A DNA stretch of 64,000 nucleotides. It comes from Lama guanicoe. Its lineage: Eukaryota. The stretch covers positions 9,993,175-10,057,174 of the forward strand of contig MU056000.1 in the NCBI GenBank assembly GCA_013239625.1. The letters run 5' to 3'. The position numbers were made by a program, and so were the translations under genes. The notes below the pieces were generated by a model. The model saw only the letters and a program-made list of their open reading frames with translations, did no database searches and was not told the origin of the DNA. Shown in pieces: positions 24,937 to 38,100 of this stretch (position 1 is its first letter; each line of letters opens with the position of its first letter).

Positions 24937-27900
24937 AAGTTACATTTACCTCAAGACCAAATCCCATAACAGGGGAGTATCTGGAATTGTGGCACAAATT
25001 GTGACTTGAGGCTGTAACTGTCATTCAGTCATACAACAGGGCCTGTCTTTCTGCAGATCTAGTTTGAGGTGAGCAAAATCCAATTTCCTGATAAAAGAAA
25101 GCACACCCCCTGCTAATTTCTTTGAGATGATGCTGTTAATATCCATTCAAATGAGATAAAGAGGAGGGGAGAGAGGGAGAAAGCGAAGAATTAAAAATGG
25201 AAAAATTGTGAAGTTAATGCTCAGGCAGGAATTATGTGAGTATGTATCGTGTGGGAAATCTAATATGATGAGAATTTGGGATTCTGTCTCTTTAAAATCT
25301 CAAATATACATTAAGATGAACTCCCTAAAATACAACCTTATTTTCTAATACGAAAGACTGATTTTTTTTCCTCCTGTCCAAAAAAGGCAGATTATTTGCA
25401 GAAACTGAAGTTAAAAATAGCTCTGGTGATATTGTCTACAAAGCTGAGAAATGCTCTTTTTTGTTTCATATTCTCATCAAAGAGAGGAGGCAAAGTGAGT
25501 GTGAAATAAAGGGTGAGAAGACAAACACTCTTTGTAGAAGAACAGAACTCAAAAAACTCTCCCACTGATTTATGAAAAGTAAAGGAAGTCGATAGCTGAG
25601 CTAATTTCCTAAGAAGGAAGATCTAGTAAGTGACTGAATAGGTGTAATTTCTTTTTAGGCGATATTAGCTCTAGTCTCCTTGTAGGCTCTCATAAAAAAT
25701 ACATGTTCTTCTGCCATCTTAGCTGGAAAAAAAAAGGACCTCCCACAACCCCAATAAAAAGATTAAAACAAATCTGATGGGGGCCAGAAGAAATTCCAAA
25801 CAGGCAGAATGTTCCACTGCTTCCCCTTCTTAATGTGTCTGCAGCACATGCAAGAAGCATCTTAGATAAGAAACAAGGAAACCAACAGGAATAAGGGCTG
25901 TAATTTTGACTTCACAACAAAGCTCTGATCCTAATTTATGGGCTCCAGTTTTTTTCCTAGTAAGACACAAGATCATTTTTATTTTTATTTTCATAGGAAA
26001 GGAAGTCAGTACTTGATTTTACAACAATTGCACCGGAATACTATTTAACACATGTGGAAGCTTTAAATGAGATGTAAACTATATCGGAAGTGGCAAGGCA
26101 GGAAATGAGCATCTGTAGACTGCTTCATGAAGCAAGACCGGGGTCTCATTCAAAATTCAGAAAATGCCTGCTGCCCCACAATGCTATAAGATGTATTAGA
26201 AAAAGATTCATCAGTGAACCAGTGAAACTAATGTTATGCAGATTAGTTCAGAGTCCTTTGACATTAAAGAAATCATAAAAACCAACCTAAAAAAAGAGTC
26301 CATTATGCCATTTGGAATTCAGGTTTCTAGTTCCAAGCCATTTGGTAGCCTGAACTATCTTTTTAATGGAAAGAATCTGGTATGACTGAGAAATGAAAAG
26401 TGAAACAGTAGTCACATATGTAATAAAGAACGCAGACCCCCATGCATGATATTCTCACTACGCTAAACCACAGTTACCTGGAAAAGAAGCTATGTGAAAC
26501 ATGAATTGGTAGACATGCTAACACTGCAATTCATATTGCCTATTCCATTTACCATATACTATTGGTAAGTGCAGGTTAAAGATATGTCTTTAATATTTTT
26601 AAGCTTTATTTTCCCCTTTTGAATTAGGATTCTAAGGTGGTGAGACAATGCAATCCACTTGTTTAAGGAGGCGATTCCCAATTCCGAAAGCACGTGTTGT
26701 TTTCTAAGCACTTCCTCTAGCCAGGCAGCAGGCTGAGATGGCCCAGCCACGATTTGAACTGAGCAATCTTCCTCGCTTCACCTCCCAAACATGCATTTAG
26801 AATGTGATTTCACTGCTTCCTCCCCCTAGAATCCCCTCACACCCGTTGGCTCTAGCCAGCGGTGACGTTGGAGACTTCTACCCCGTTCCACTCCCACTCC
26901 GGCAGATGCCTGAGGTGAGAGGGAGGCACAAAGCTGGAGTGTGGGCTGTGGAAACCTCAACTTTGCTCTCTGGGGTTCTGGAGTGGGTATGTCCTTGCTC
27001 TGCCGCGTGGAGACACTGGGAGAGCAGCCACTGTCACTGTGTCAGGGGCTCAACCCAGCTTCACCTCATCTGGGCCAACTGAAAGGGCCATCACTCTCCA
27101 CATTCCCTGCCAGCAAGTGCAGGGCATTTTTTTCCGGGAGGAGTAGGGTCTTCCAATAACCCAGGTGGGGAATTCTCACACCCCAAGAGATGCAGCTTGT
27201 CTTTCCAGCTCTTATTTTCCCACTGTCCCAATTTCTACAACATTTACTTTAAGTGATATTAAATACTTCCTGAAAGAACATTGGACGTAAATAAATAAAG
27301 CACTTCTCTGAGGCAACAGAGCTGGCTTGCCAATCTCATTCATGCCACTGCTTATTTAGTTTCCAGACTGAATGGCACCCAACTCAGAGTTCATGAGGTT
27401 GGTTTCAAAAACGAGCTGACATAAACGGATAGGCAACTACATCGGACTGAAGCATCTGAGTTACTCTCTGCAACTCTAAAAGAGCTTCTGTAGTATCATT
27501 TTGCTAAAGATGACTCCGTATCAAGTATCAGTTTATTTTCTTTAACAAGAGTACGTGGCAGTGCAAGGGATTATTACTGATGCCTGAAGTTCCTTAACTG
27601 GAACATGTCTTACATCAAATCAGAGAAAAGTTTGAAAGGCAATCCCCTTGATAATTTGATTTAACTCTACACTAAGTATAAATTATCAGTAACTCACAGT
27701 GAGAAAGAAGGGAAAGGAGAGAGAAATTCTTGTGCCTGCAGAAGATAGGGAAAGTGAATATCCTACTAGACAATTAATTTCTTGAGTAATTTCTTTAAAT
27801 TACTCTATTACTAAATATAGGCCCAATAAACATTTTCCAAGTAAATGAAAAATGGAGGAAAGTTGAGAGAAGGGAAATTTTTGAACATGAAAACTGATTC

Positions 27901-27949
27901 TACATCTTTGCTTTTAAAAATGGTAGTCAAATAGTATTTTGGCAATAAC

Positions 27950-30142
27950 TAGGAATAGAAGGGAACTTTCTCCAGCTGATAAGGGGAAAAACCAACAGCT
28001 AGCATCATATTCAATGTTGGCAAACTGAAAGCTTTCCCCCTAAGACTAAGAAGGAGACAAAGACATCTGCCCTTGCCACTTCAATTTAGCATTGTACCAG
28101 AGGTCCTAACCAGAGCACTGAAACGCAAGAAAAAGAAACAAAAGGCATCCAGATTGAAAAGGACGCAGTAAAAAGATCTCTATTTGCAGGTGACATGATC
28201 TTGTATAAACAAATCCAAAAGAATCCACTAAAAAACAATTAGAACTAAACCAATAAACAAATTCTGCAAATTGTCAAGATACAAAATCAATATACAAAAA
28301 TCAATTGTACTTTTGTACACTAGCAAGGAACTAAATAATAGAAAGACATCCTCTGTTCATGGATCAAAAAACTTACTACATTTTAGATGGCAATACTTCT
28401 CAAATTAATCTACAGATTTGGTGCCCTGTCAAAATCCTAGATGGATTTTTTTTTTCAAAACTGAAAAACCGATCATAAACTTCATATGGAAATGCAAGGG
28501 ATCAAGAAGAGCCAAAGAATTCTGGAAAAGGAGAGCAAAGTTTGAGGACACACGGTTCCAATTTGAAAATTTACAGCACAGCTACAGTAATCAAGACACT
28601 GTGGTACTGGCATAAGGACTGACATATGGATCAATAGACTAGAACTGAAGTCCAGAAATAAACCTTTATATTTATGGTCAATTGATTTCTGACAAAGATT
28701 TCAAGACAGTTCAATGAGGAAAGCATAGTTTATTTAACACATGGTTGTGAGACAAGTGGATATTCACATGCAAAAAATTAAGTTGAACCCTGACCTCACA
28801 CCACACACAGAAATTAATTCAAAAGTATTCACAGACCCAAATATAAGAGCTAAAACTATAAAACTCCTAAAAGAAAATATAGAATTAAATCTTCATGGCC
28901 TTGAATTAGGCAATGATATCTTAAATACAAATCAAAACCACAAGCAGTAAAAGAACAAGTAGACAAATTGTGTTTCAATGGACACTATCAAGAAATTGAA
29001 ATGACAACCTACAGAATGGAAGAAAAGATTTGCAAATCATATCTGACAAGGGATTTATATCCAGAATACATAAAGAACCCTTACAAACTAACAATAAAAA
29101 GACATATAAACCAATTTTAAAATAGGCAAAGATTTGAACAGACATTTCTCGAGAGAAAATAAACAAGCACATGAAAAGATAAAGATGCTCAGTGTCATTA
29201 GTTATAAGGGAAATGCAAATCAAACCACAATGAGAGACCATGTTACACACCCCCCAGGATGGCTAAAATTAAAAAGATGACAATAGCAAGTGCTCATGGA
29301 TATGTGGGAAAATTAGAACCCTCTTTCATTGCTGGTGAGAATGTAAAATGATGCAGCTGCTTTGGAAAATAGTTTAGCAAACGTTCAAAATGCTAAATAT
29401 AGAGTTATCATATGACTCAGGAATTCCATTCCCAAGTGTATTCCCAAGAGAATTGAAAAAACATGTTCACACAAAGACTTGCACACAAATGCTTTTATCA
29501 AGATGATTCATAGTAGCCAAAAACTGGTAAAAACTCAAATACCTTCTACTGATGACTGGGTAAAAAAAATGTGGGTTTTAAGTGGAATATTATTTGTCAA
29601 TTTTAAAAAAAGAATGAATTTGAGAGGATTTGGGTTGAATCACACATCCATGACATGAAGCTGTTGTGCGTAGCTACAGTTTATCTGGCACGTTCATAAA
29701 CATAATCTAATTTACTAGGAAGTTTGTAAGGCTTTTCTTTTATTAAAATTAATTTTTTCTTATTACAAAATAAATAAATAAAAATTAGAGTAAGAATGAC
29801 ATAATGATACAATCTGCAGTATGAATGAACCCTGAAAACATTACGCTAAGTGAAAGAAGCTTGACAGAAATGATCACAAATTATATGATTCCATTTATGA
29901 GAAATGTCCAGAATTGACAAATCCATAGAGACAGAAAGTAGACAGTCATTGCCTGGGGCTGAGGCAGGCAGGAGGGAATGGGGAATTACTGCTAATATGT
30001 ATGAGGTTTCTTTTTAGGGTGATGAAAATGTTCTAAAATTAACTTGTGATGGTTGCATGGCTGTGAATATACTAAAATCAACTGTACACTTTAAATGGGT
30101 AAATTTTATGGTGTATGAAATACATTTCAAATCTTATAAAAA
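27950..30142 (+). mobile_element. Old L1M (L1MB-like) ORF2 3' half and 3' UTR, decayed
   Basis: RT region AAACTGAAAGCTTTCCCCCTAAGA...TATTTGCAGGTGACATGATC (FADD-motif region), ORF2 C-terminus, and 3' UTR ending GTACACTTTAAATGGGTAAATTTTATGG. Confidence 0.92.
29619..29790 (+). other. Short polyadenylated non-L1 retro-insertion inside the L1 (possible mRNA 3' end or orphan transduction)
   Basis: Interrupts the L1 at TTTT/AAAAAA. AAGAATGA is duplicated (29610-29617 and 29792-29799). ATTAAA at 29742; A-rich tail at 29767-29784. Confidence 0.6.
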
Positions 30143-30221
30143 GATATTTTGGCAGGGGATCTATTAAGAAAAAACAGATCAATCTATCATAGGACCTAAT
30201 TTTCAAACTTGGACTAAAGTA

Positions 30222-30717
30222 TTTTGGTAGACACAATGAGTTGGCTACTGAACAACTATTCTCCTCTTGTTTCTAGGAATAGAATTCCAATTTTGTCCAG
30301 GTAAGGGGCAACAGTGTGCCTAACCTCAGGTGAGGACTGACTGGCCTAACTCCTAGTCAGTCATGGTGTCCTCATTTACCTTTGACAGTGATTGATTTAG
30401 GGTTGGCAGGTGACCCAGTCTTGGCACTTGACAAAAAAGAGGAATATTCTGCTGAAAGTCTTAATGACACAAAAAGTTATGACTAAAAAGATCTTTCCAT
30501 TCCCTACTTTTTGACTTTATTTAGTAAGGAAGTGGTGCTTGTGGGTGCACAAGGATGAGAAGGCAGAAAAGCTGCCCAGAGCTGTTGTGTTAACTATCTC
30601 TGGATCCAGTTACCTCTGGAGTTCTCATAAAATTAGATTTATTAATAAACCCCATTTTTAAACCACATTCTGTCAGATAGGCTGTGTATTGTGGCCAAAA
30701 TCCTGTTAACTGATACA
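30222..30717 (+). mobile_element. LTR33-like ERVL solo LTR
   Basis: Reads TTGGTAGACAC...TTGGCTAC...CAATTTTGTCCAGG...GGTGACCCAGTCTTGGC...TTAACTGATACA. Confidence 0.7.
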
Positions 30718-32821
30718 TTTTCTATTAAGTGGGCTTATTTGTGAATTCTCATTAAATTACATTTTCAGTCCTACATCAATGCTCTTCTTTAGGAGATGAG
30801 ATAAAACTGATCTAGATTTTTTCAGAAGATAGGCCTAGCACTAGTCAGTGAAAGGTATAAGAAAGGAGCATTTTGCTCAATAAGAAAAACAACTTTCTTC
30901 TTGTAAAATGGATCAGAGAATTGTCAGCCCTTGTTTGGTTAGCAAAGAGGCTCATGAGGATCACAGGTCAAGGATGCTAACATGCATTATCTGGGGCCTG
31001 AACTGGAGCATTCACAAAATGCCAAATTCAAGTTTCTTAATTCCCACATGAAAACTTCTAAGATCAACAGACTCATTTTCATACCGAAGGTGAAATCAAG
31101 GAGCCCTGCTTCCGGATGTGTTAATGTTTTATAACTTTGTTAGATCGACTTCAAACTGACAACCAGAAGCCAGATCTTGATGGGTTTTGCCCACTTCTTT
31201 ATGAAAATTTGAACAATATCTTACCATTTAAGAGAATTTTATAAGTTATTTTAGAAGCAAACAAGAAATAAATCATGATAGAAGAGCAGACATCTTGATA
31301 ATGCTGAAAAAATGTCCATTTTTCTTATTTAAATTGTTTATCTTAATAGAAACTAGAAAATGTGTGAAAAGATCTACAATTGTTGATGCCATAATGGAAT
31401 CTCTTTATAAACCTGTAAGCGCGGGATTTACACTTGTCTCGTAATTGTGATTTCATTCTTTATATATACAGTTGTTTCAAGCAATATGATTTGACCTAAA
31501 TCAATACCAAATTTAACTACAAAATACTGAGACAATCTCAGATCTTACTTAGTGATAGAACTAATGTCCCAGAGGCGGATGTTACTGTTGTTGCTGTTTT
31601 GTTTTTTAATATTCAAATTTCATGGGAAAATACAGTTGGGTAATCCACTTTCAGAATAGTGGTGTGAGCTCCGTGTACCCACTTACCAGTGCAACAACTA
31701 TAGCTGGTGAAAATTATTTTGAAAAAAACAAAACCATTTAAAGTCTCAAGAAATTGTATGAAGGAAATATACTAAGGAAATGATGAATCATGTATTCAGG
31801 AAGCTACAGCCTGCTCCACCCATCCAGCTCAGCCTAATGGAAGATCTATTCCAGGTGGATATGGCCAAGAGACTGGGGCTCTCTCTCCCCCTAACTCTCA
31901 ATCAATGGCTACAGTATATCCCTGGCAGGGGCAGGGCACGAGCATTTCTCATTCCTGCCCCCAGGTCGGTGTTGCAGAGGCTGAATTCCAAGTAAGTATG
32001 ACTAAGAGGTCAGAGCCCCTTCATCCACCAAGCCCCACACATAGAGCAAACGCTCTACCTCAAGGGCAACATACTGAAAACATAGGAGCTCCAACTGCCC
32101 TCACCCCAGTTCACTTGCAGGTTGGCAGCTCCACACCAAGAAAGGCAGGCTGAGAAGATCAGAGGCCACTGCGCCTCCCCAGCACTCTGCTCCTAAAGCA
32201 GGATATCACTCAGAGAGAACCACGCCTGCCCCTGCCTTCAGCTCAAGAGCCGTGACTCAGAGATTTTGCCAAGGAGCAGAGAGCTCTGAAGTTCTCCCCA
32301 AAAGAAGTTACTTTATTTGAGACAGAGTGTGGGAAAGCAGAAGCCTAAGGGGATTCTCAAAAACAATGGAAATTTTGAGTGGTAAGCAATTAAGAGGAGA
32401 CTGGTAGGTTTACGAGAGATAAAGCTAAACCATAGGCCAGTTAGTTTCCCAGAGAAAACTAGGGAAAGACATAGATAATAAGAGCACTCCTGCGGGTAGA
32501 ATAAACTTCCAAGACTGACCTCAAAAACTATCCCTGGAAAGAGGCCTGAATTTAATTGGATCAGACCATGGAGCAATTTATGCTCAAAAGCGCTGTCAAA
32601 ACCAATAGAGCAATCAGCCTGGCAATTAGTGGAGTCTAACAGCTGGGTGTGATACCAACAGCAGCAGACAGCTTGACTGAGGGATCAGGTGAAATGACAG
32701 AGAGCCCCGATAAAACCGCCGTTGTCTCAGGGTGCCTGTGTACATGCCCGAGGCTGTGCCCTTTCTCATCAGAGCTTCCCACAACAGAGAAGGTAAACTT
32801 CGCTAAAGAAGTCCAGCCAAG

Positions 32822-33081
32822 GGTGGGAAGGGACAGACTGGGAGTTCAAAATTTGCAGATACTGACAGGCATATGCAGAATAGATAAACAAGATTATACT
32901 GTATAGCACAGGGAAATATATACAAGATCTTGTGATAGCTCACAGCAAAAAAAAATGGGACAATGAATATATGTATGTTCATGTGTAACCGAAAAATTGT
33001 GCTCTACACTGGAAATTGACACAACATTGTAAAATGATTATAACTCAATTTAAAAATATTATTTAAAATGTTTAAAAAAAA
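32822..33081 (+). mobile_element. Young camelid-type L1 3' UTR (~260 bp) inserted into the old L1, with perfect 17-bp TSD
   Basis: AAAGAAGTCCAGCCAAG at 32805-32821 and 33082-33098; same 3' terminus as the L1 at 7546. Confidence 0.93.
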
Positions 33082-34100
33082 AAAGAAGTCCAGCCAAGAC
33101 ACTAAGCAAATAAACAAGCAAATCATAACAATATGTCCTGGGGTTGAGGGAAGTCAATATTGCTACGTTGCTACAGGACACTAAGTAAAATATTCAATTT
33201 TCAACAAGAAATTTGAAACATACAGAAAAATTAAAAGTGTGACCCAGACACAGGGAAAAAAGCAGGCAACAGAAACTGCCTAGATCCAGATGTTACATGT
33301 AACAGGCAAAGATTTCTAAGCAGCCATTAGAAGTATCCTCAAAGAGCTAAAGGGAACTGTTTAAAGAAGTAAAGGAAGGTATAAACACAATGTCTCATCA
33401 AATAGAGAATATAATAAAGTGAAATTATATAAAAAGAGAACAAATACAAATTCTGGAGTTGAAAAGTAATAACTTAAATTTTAAAATTATTACAGTAGAT
33501 TGGAGCTGGTAGGAGAAAGAATCTATAAATTTGGAGATAAATCAATAGAAATTATGCAACCTGAAAAGCAGAGAGAAAAAAGAATTTTTAAAAATGAGCA
33601 GAGCCTCAGAAAACTGTGGGACATCAACATATACGTATTGAAAGTAGCAGAAGGAGAAAAGAGAGAAAGGAGCAGAAAACTGAAAATTTCCTATGTTTGT
33701 TTAAAAAAAACCATTAACCTACACATCCAGGAAGCTTGACAAAACTTTAAGAAGGATAAACAAAAAGAGATAGTAAAAATGTTGAAGGACAAGTACAAAG
33801 AGAAAAGTCCTGGAAACAGTGAGAAAAACAGCCTGTCCTGTACAAGGGAACTTGACTTCTCATTAGAAAGAAGGGAGTTTAGAAGGATGATGTATTCAGA
33901 GTACTGTACAAAAAAAAAAAAAAAAAAAAACAACCTGTCAACCAAATATGTAACAGCCAGCAAAACTATCTTGCAGAAATGAAGGCAAAATAAATAAAAT
34001 ATTCCCAGATAAACAAAACCTGAGAAAATCTGTTGTTAGCACATCCACCTTCTAAGAAATGCTAAAAGAAGTTCAGTCTAAAATCAAGATGGTAACTCAA

Positions 34101-34124
34101 ACACACACACACACACACACACAC
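34101..34124. repeat. (CA)n microsatellite
   Basis: Read directly from the sequence. Confidence 0.95.
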
Positions 34125-36529
34125 AAAGAGCACAAAGGTAATTATGTAATTATAAAAGACAGTATAAATGTATATTTTATCTCCTGTCTTAACTGATTTA
34201 CAAAGCAATCATATAAAATAATATGTATATAGTTGGGCTTATAACATATAGAAATGTAATATATTTGACAACAGCAACACAAAAGAGCTAGGGGAACAAA
34301 GTTGTATTGGAGTAAGGAAATGACAGTAGACAATGACTTGAACCCACAGGAATAAATGAAGAGAAGCAGGAATGGTAAACAAGAAGGGAACTAGAACAAA
34401 TCCTATAACTATATGCTTGCTCCCCTTTCTTCTGTTTCTTTGAAAGACACAAAATTATATAAAATACATTTTCTATATTTATACTATATTAAAACATATT
34501 ATATCCATAACAACAATAATCTCCTAAAGAAGAGGGAGCAGAGCTATATAAAAGTAACATCTTGATATCTAAGTGGAATGAAGTTATCATAAATCTGAAA
34601 TAGATTGGTTAGTTAAGACGTATTTGGCAAACTACATAAAACACCATGAAACCCTCAAAATAGTGAAAAAGGTCATTAAGGGAATTAAAATGTTACACTA
34701 AAAATATTCACTTAATATAAAAAAAATGCCAATCACATTCATTAGTGCAAGTGGACACTGGACAACCCAAACACTGAAAAAATGAAAAACAGTAGAGGAT
34801 GCTTTCCCAAAGCTGGTCCAAGATCGCAATACATTCAAAGGTCTCTTTACAGTAGTAAGAAAACTTCTTTAAGGGTTAATTCTTAAGAGAAGAACCTCCT
34901 GATTTTTCTCTTCTTCCTCACCACCAGGGAGGTAATATAATTGAGTACATTTCTCACAAGGACTCACTGACTGATGAGCAATGGATTTCCTTGAACAGGA
35001 AATAAACAAACTGACTCAAAAGTGGCAATGGAATGGAGTCAAAGGGGAATGGATTCAGAACATCTCCCTTTGATACACATCACATGTGTGGAAACATGCT
35101 GCAATTTTCAGGGAAAAGAAATTAGCTCAGGAATTTTTATGGGAAGATCGATCTGTTCAAAGACAGGTAGTGTCTTGAAGCTCTAATTGTTTTGGAGAAA
35201 AAGGGGGCAAGGTAACTCCCTTTTAGATTGCTGAATTACCTTGATAGGCACTTTAACCTCAGTAGAGCTTCTGAACAGATGAATGAAAATTACCGCATTT
35301 CTCCCAGATTACACATAATCAGAATCCCTCCGTGGAGTCAGCAGTAAGGAATTTGCTTCATAACTGAACCTGTGGTCTCTGGGCTCTCTGCCAAAGGCAG
35401 GAACGAATAAGGACAAGGATACAGATGTGGGCAAGAATAAAGGAAGATACTTTGTGCCTGAATTTACTGCTCTCTCTCTCTCTTTTTAAATCTCTATCTC
35501 CTAGTTCTTCTTAGCTATTTATAGAAAACAAAATTATTCCTTAAATCTGAATGCATGAGAGAAATATCTATGAACGCATGGCTTCAGCATGCATTTAAGT
35601 TATGTAAATGATCACAGAATAATAAAATCAGGTGTCCAAAGTAAATGATTTCCATTACCACTGACCCATGGCAAGATTCCCTATTCTATGTTTAAGCAGC
35701 TTCAAATCTACTTGTGGTCTTTTATCTCAGTTTCACTTTTATGACATTTTTCCTAGTTTATGGGGAGCTTGCCTGAATACCAAAGGGGAAAAAAACTCCA
35801 CTGTACTTATTTCTGTAAGCGAGACTTTATGGGATATTTTTGCCTATCAAGGAATTTTCTTTCAACTTCCACTGAAAGAGCAAATCAAACTGCTCTTCAG
35901 ACCTACTATAACTCCCTTTACAATTTCAAAGTTCTCATTCCAGCTCCATTTGAAAAAGCGTCTTTTTTAGAGACCAAAGAAAACCTAACTCTGGTTTTTA
36001 AATAAAAGTACCAAGAATAAGGAAATTTGGGGCAGATCTAGGAACTATTTGAAAGGTTAATTGGAGAAATGACTGATCAACCTTTGCATGGCTCCTTATT
36101 ATCACTCAGTTGTCTCCACTCTTCTAGTTTTGTTGATTTTTCTTTATTTTCACTAAAAGCTCCATTGGCTTAATTTTTTATGGTAGATTAAATCTATGAA
36201 TGGAAATATGCATTTTTACTTATCCATACTTGGTGTATGTTATGCTTCTGTAGATTCACATCTTTCATCAGTTTTGGAAAATTCTCCGATCACTATTTTT
36301 AATATTCCCTTTACTCCCTTCTCTCCATTCACCCCTTCAGGAAATATGAGAGAATGACTCACGCTATCCATCACATCTCTTTCTGTTTTGTTTTGAATAA
36401 AGTCATAATTCTTTGTTAAAGTGGGTTTAAGCTACATTTTAATTATTAATTAAAGCAATTTAGAAATGATCATTTATAAGTTATATACCTTGCTGACCAT
36501 AGTAACTCCTTATGCTTCATCATTTCCTA

Positions 36530-38100
36530 CTTTTTAAGTAGACTTTATTGTGGTATAACTTACACACAATATCGTTTACATATTTTAAGTGGAAATGGAT
36601 TAATTCTGACAAATGGACTCACCCATGTAACCAATGCTCCATTTAAGATATAGAATAACTTCTCAGAGGGTTTCTCAATCAGCATCTCCACCACCACACC
36701 CTAGTCAACCTCTGATCTGATTTCTATTAATATAGATTTATTTGGTCTGTTCTAGAATTTCATCAAATAAACAGAATTATACAGTCTTCCCACTTTTCCA
36801 TCAGATTTCTCTTGTTCATAATAATGGCTGGGACATCGGTCTTAGCAGTATTTCTTTGGATCTTTCTCCTCAGGCAAGGGAGACAAAAGCAAAAATAAAC
36901 ACATGGGACTATAGCAAACTATAGTTTGCATAGTGAAGGAAACCAGCAACAAAATGAAGAGGCAACCCCCTGAATGGGAGAAGATATTTGCAAATGATAT
37001 ATCTGATAAGGCGTTAATATCCAAAATATATCAAGAACTCACACAATTCAGTATCTAAAAAAAAACCAATTAAAAAATGGGCAGATATTTTTCCAAGGAA
37101 GACATACATATGGCCAACAGACACGTCAGATGCATCACTAATCATCAGGGAAATGCAAATCAAAATTACAATGAGCTATCACCTCATGCTTGCCAGAAAA
37201 GCTATCATCAAACAGACAACAAATAACAAGTGTTGGGGAGGATGTGGAGAAAAGGGAACCCAAGTGCACTGTTGGTGAGAATGTAAATTGATGCAGCCAC
37301 TATGGAAAATACGGAGGCTCCTCAAAAAAATAGAAATAGAACTACCATATGATCTAGCAACTCCAATTCTGGATATTTCTCAAAAAAAAACCTCACTAAT
37401 TCAAGAAGATTTATACATCTAAATGTTCACTGCAGGACTATTTACAATGGCCAAGATATGGAAACAACCTAAGTATCCATCAATAGATGAATGGATGATG
37501 AAGATGTGGTGTATACATATAATGGAATATTACTTGGCCATAGAAAGAATGAAATCTTGTCATTTGTGACAATGTGGATAGACCTAGACCCATTATGCTA
37601 AATGAAATAAGTCAGACAGAGAAAGACAAATACCGTACAATTTCACTTACATATGGAGTCTGAAAAACAAAGCAAACAAACAAAATAGTAACAGACTCAT
37701 AGATACAGATATTCTGGTGGTTGCCAGAAGGGAGGCGAGGTGGAGGTTGGGTAAAACAGGTAAAAGAGATCAAGGTACAAACCTCCAGTTATAAAATAAG
37801 TCACCAAGATGTAATATACAGCATAGGGAACACAGTCAACAGTAAAACAACTTTGTATGGTGAGGGATGGTAACTGCACTTGTGGTGATCTGTTCCTAAT
37901 GTACATAAATGTTGAATTACTATGTTGTACACCAGAAGCTAATATAATATTGTATGTCAACTCTACTTCAATAAAAAAATAAAAGTAGAAAAAAGAAAGT
38001 CTAGGTGATTCATCCATATCATTGCATGAATCAGTTTGTGTTCTTTTTATAGCTGAATAGTATTTCATAGGATGAACATATCACAATTCATTTACCCACA
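36530..38100 (-). mobile_element. Old antisense L1M 3' end (pieces ~36530-36790 and ~37995-38100) split by a younger L1
   Basis: GACTTTATTGTGGTATAACTTAC...CTGTTCTAGAATTTCAT resumes as GATTCATCCATATC...TTTTTATAGCTGAATAGTATTTC. Confidence 0.7.
36830..37990 (+). mobile_element. Intermediate-age L1 (L1MA-like) ORF2 C-terminus and 3' UTR with A tail
   Basis: Peptide LSPQARETKAKINTWDY; GAATGGGAGAAGATATTTGCAAATGATATATCTGATAAG; ends GTATGTCAACTCTACTTCAATAAAAAAA. Confidence 0.92.

Larger units (their letters stand above)
31640..34725 (+). mobile_element. Old L1M 5' UTR, ORF1 and inter-ORF remnant
   Basis: ORF 33500..33739 (GERIYKFGDKSIEIMQPEKQREKRIFKNEQSLRKLWD...VAEGEKRE) resembles the L1 ORF1p coiled-coil/RRM junction. 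Confidence 0.85.

Noticed and set aside
31225..31352. Minus-strand exon-like block with good AG/GT signals
   Set aside because: All three frames contain stops; AT-rich pseudo-exon.
27950..34725. One full-length L1 spanning both blocks
   Set aside because: The 3' half lies upstream of the 5'/ORF1 half on the same strand, so these are separate decayed insertions.
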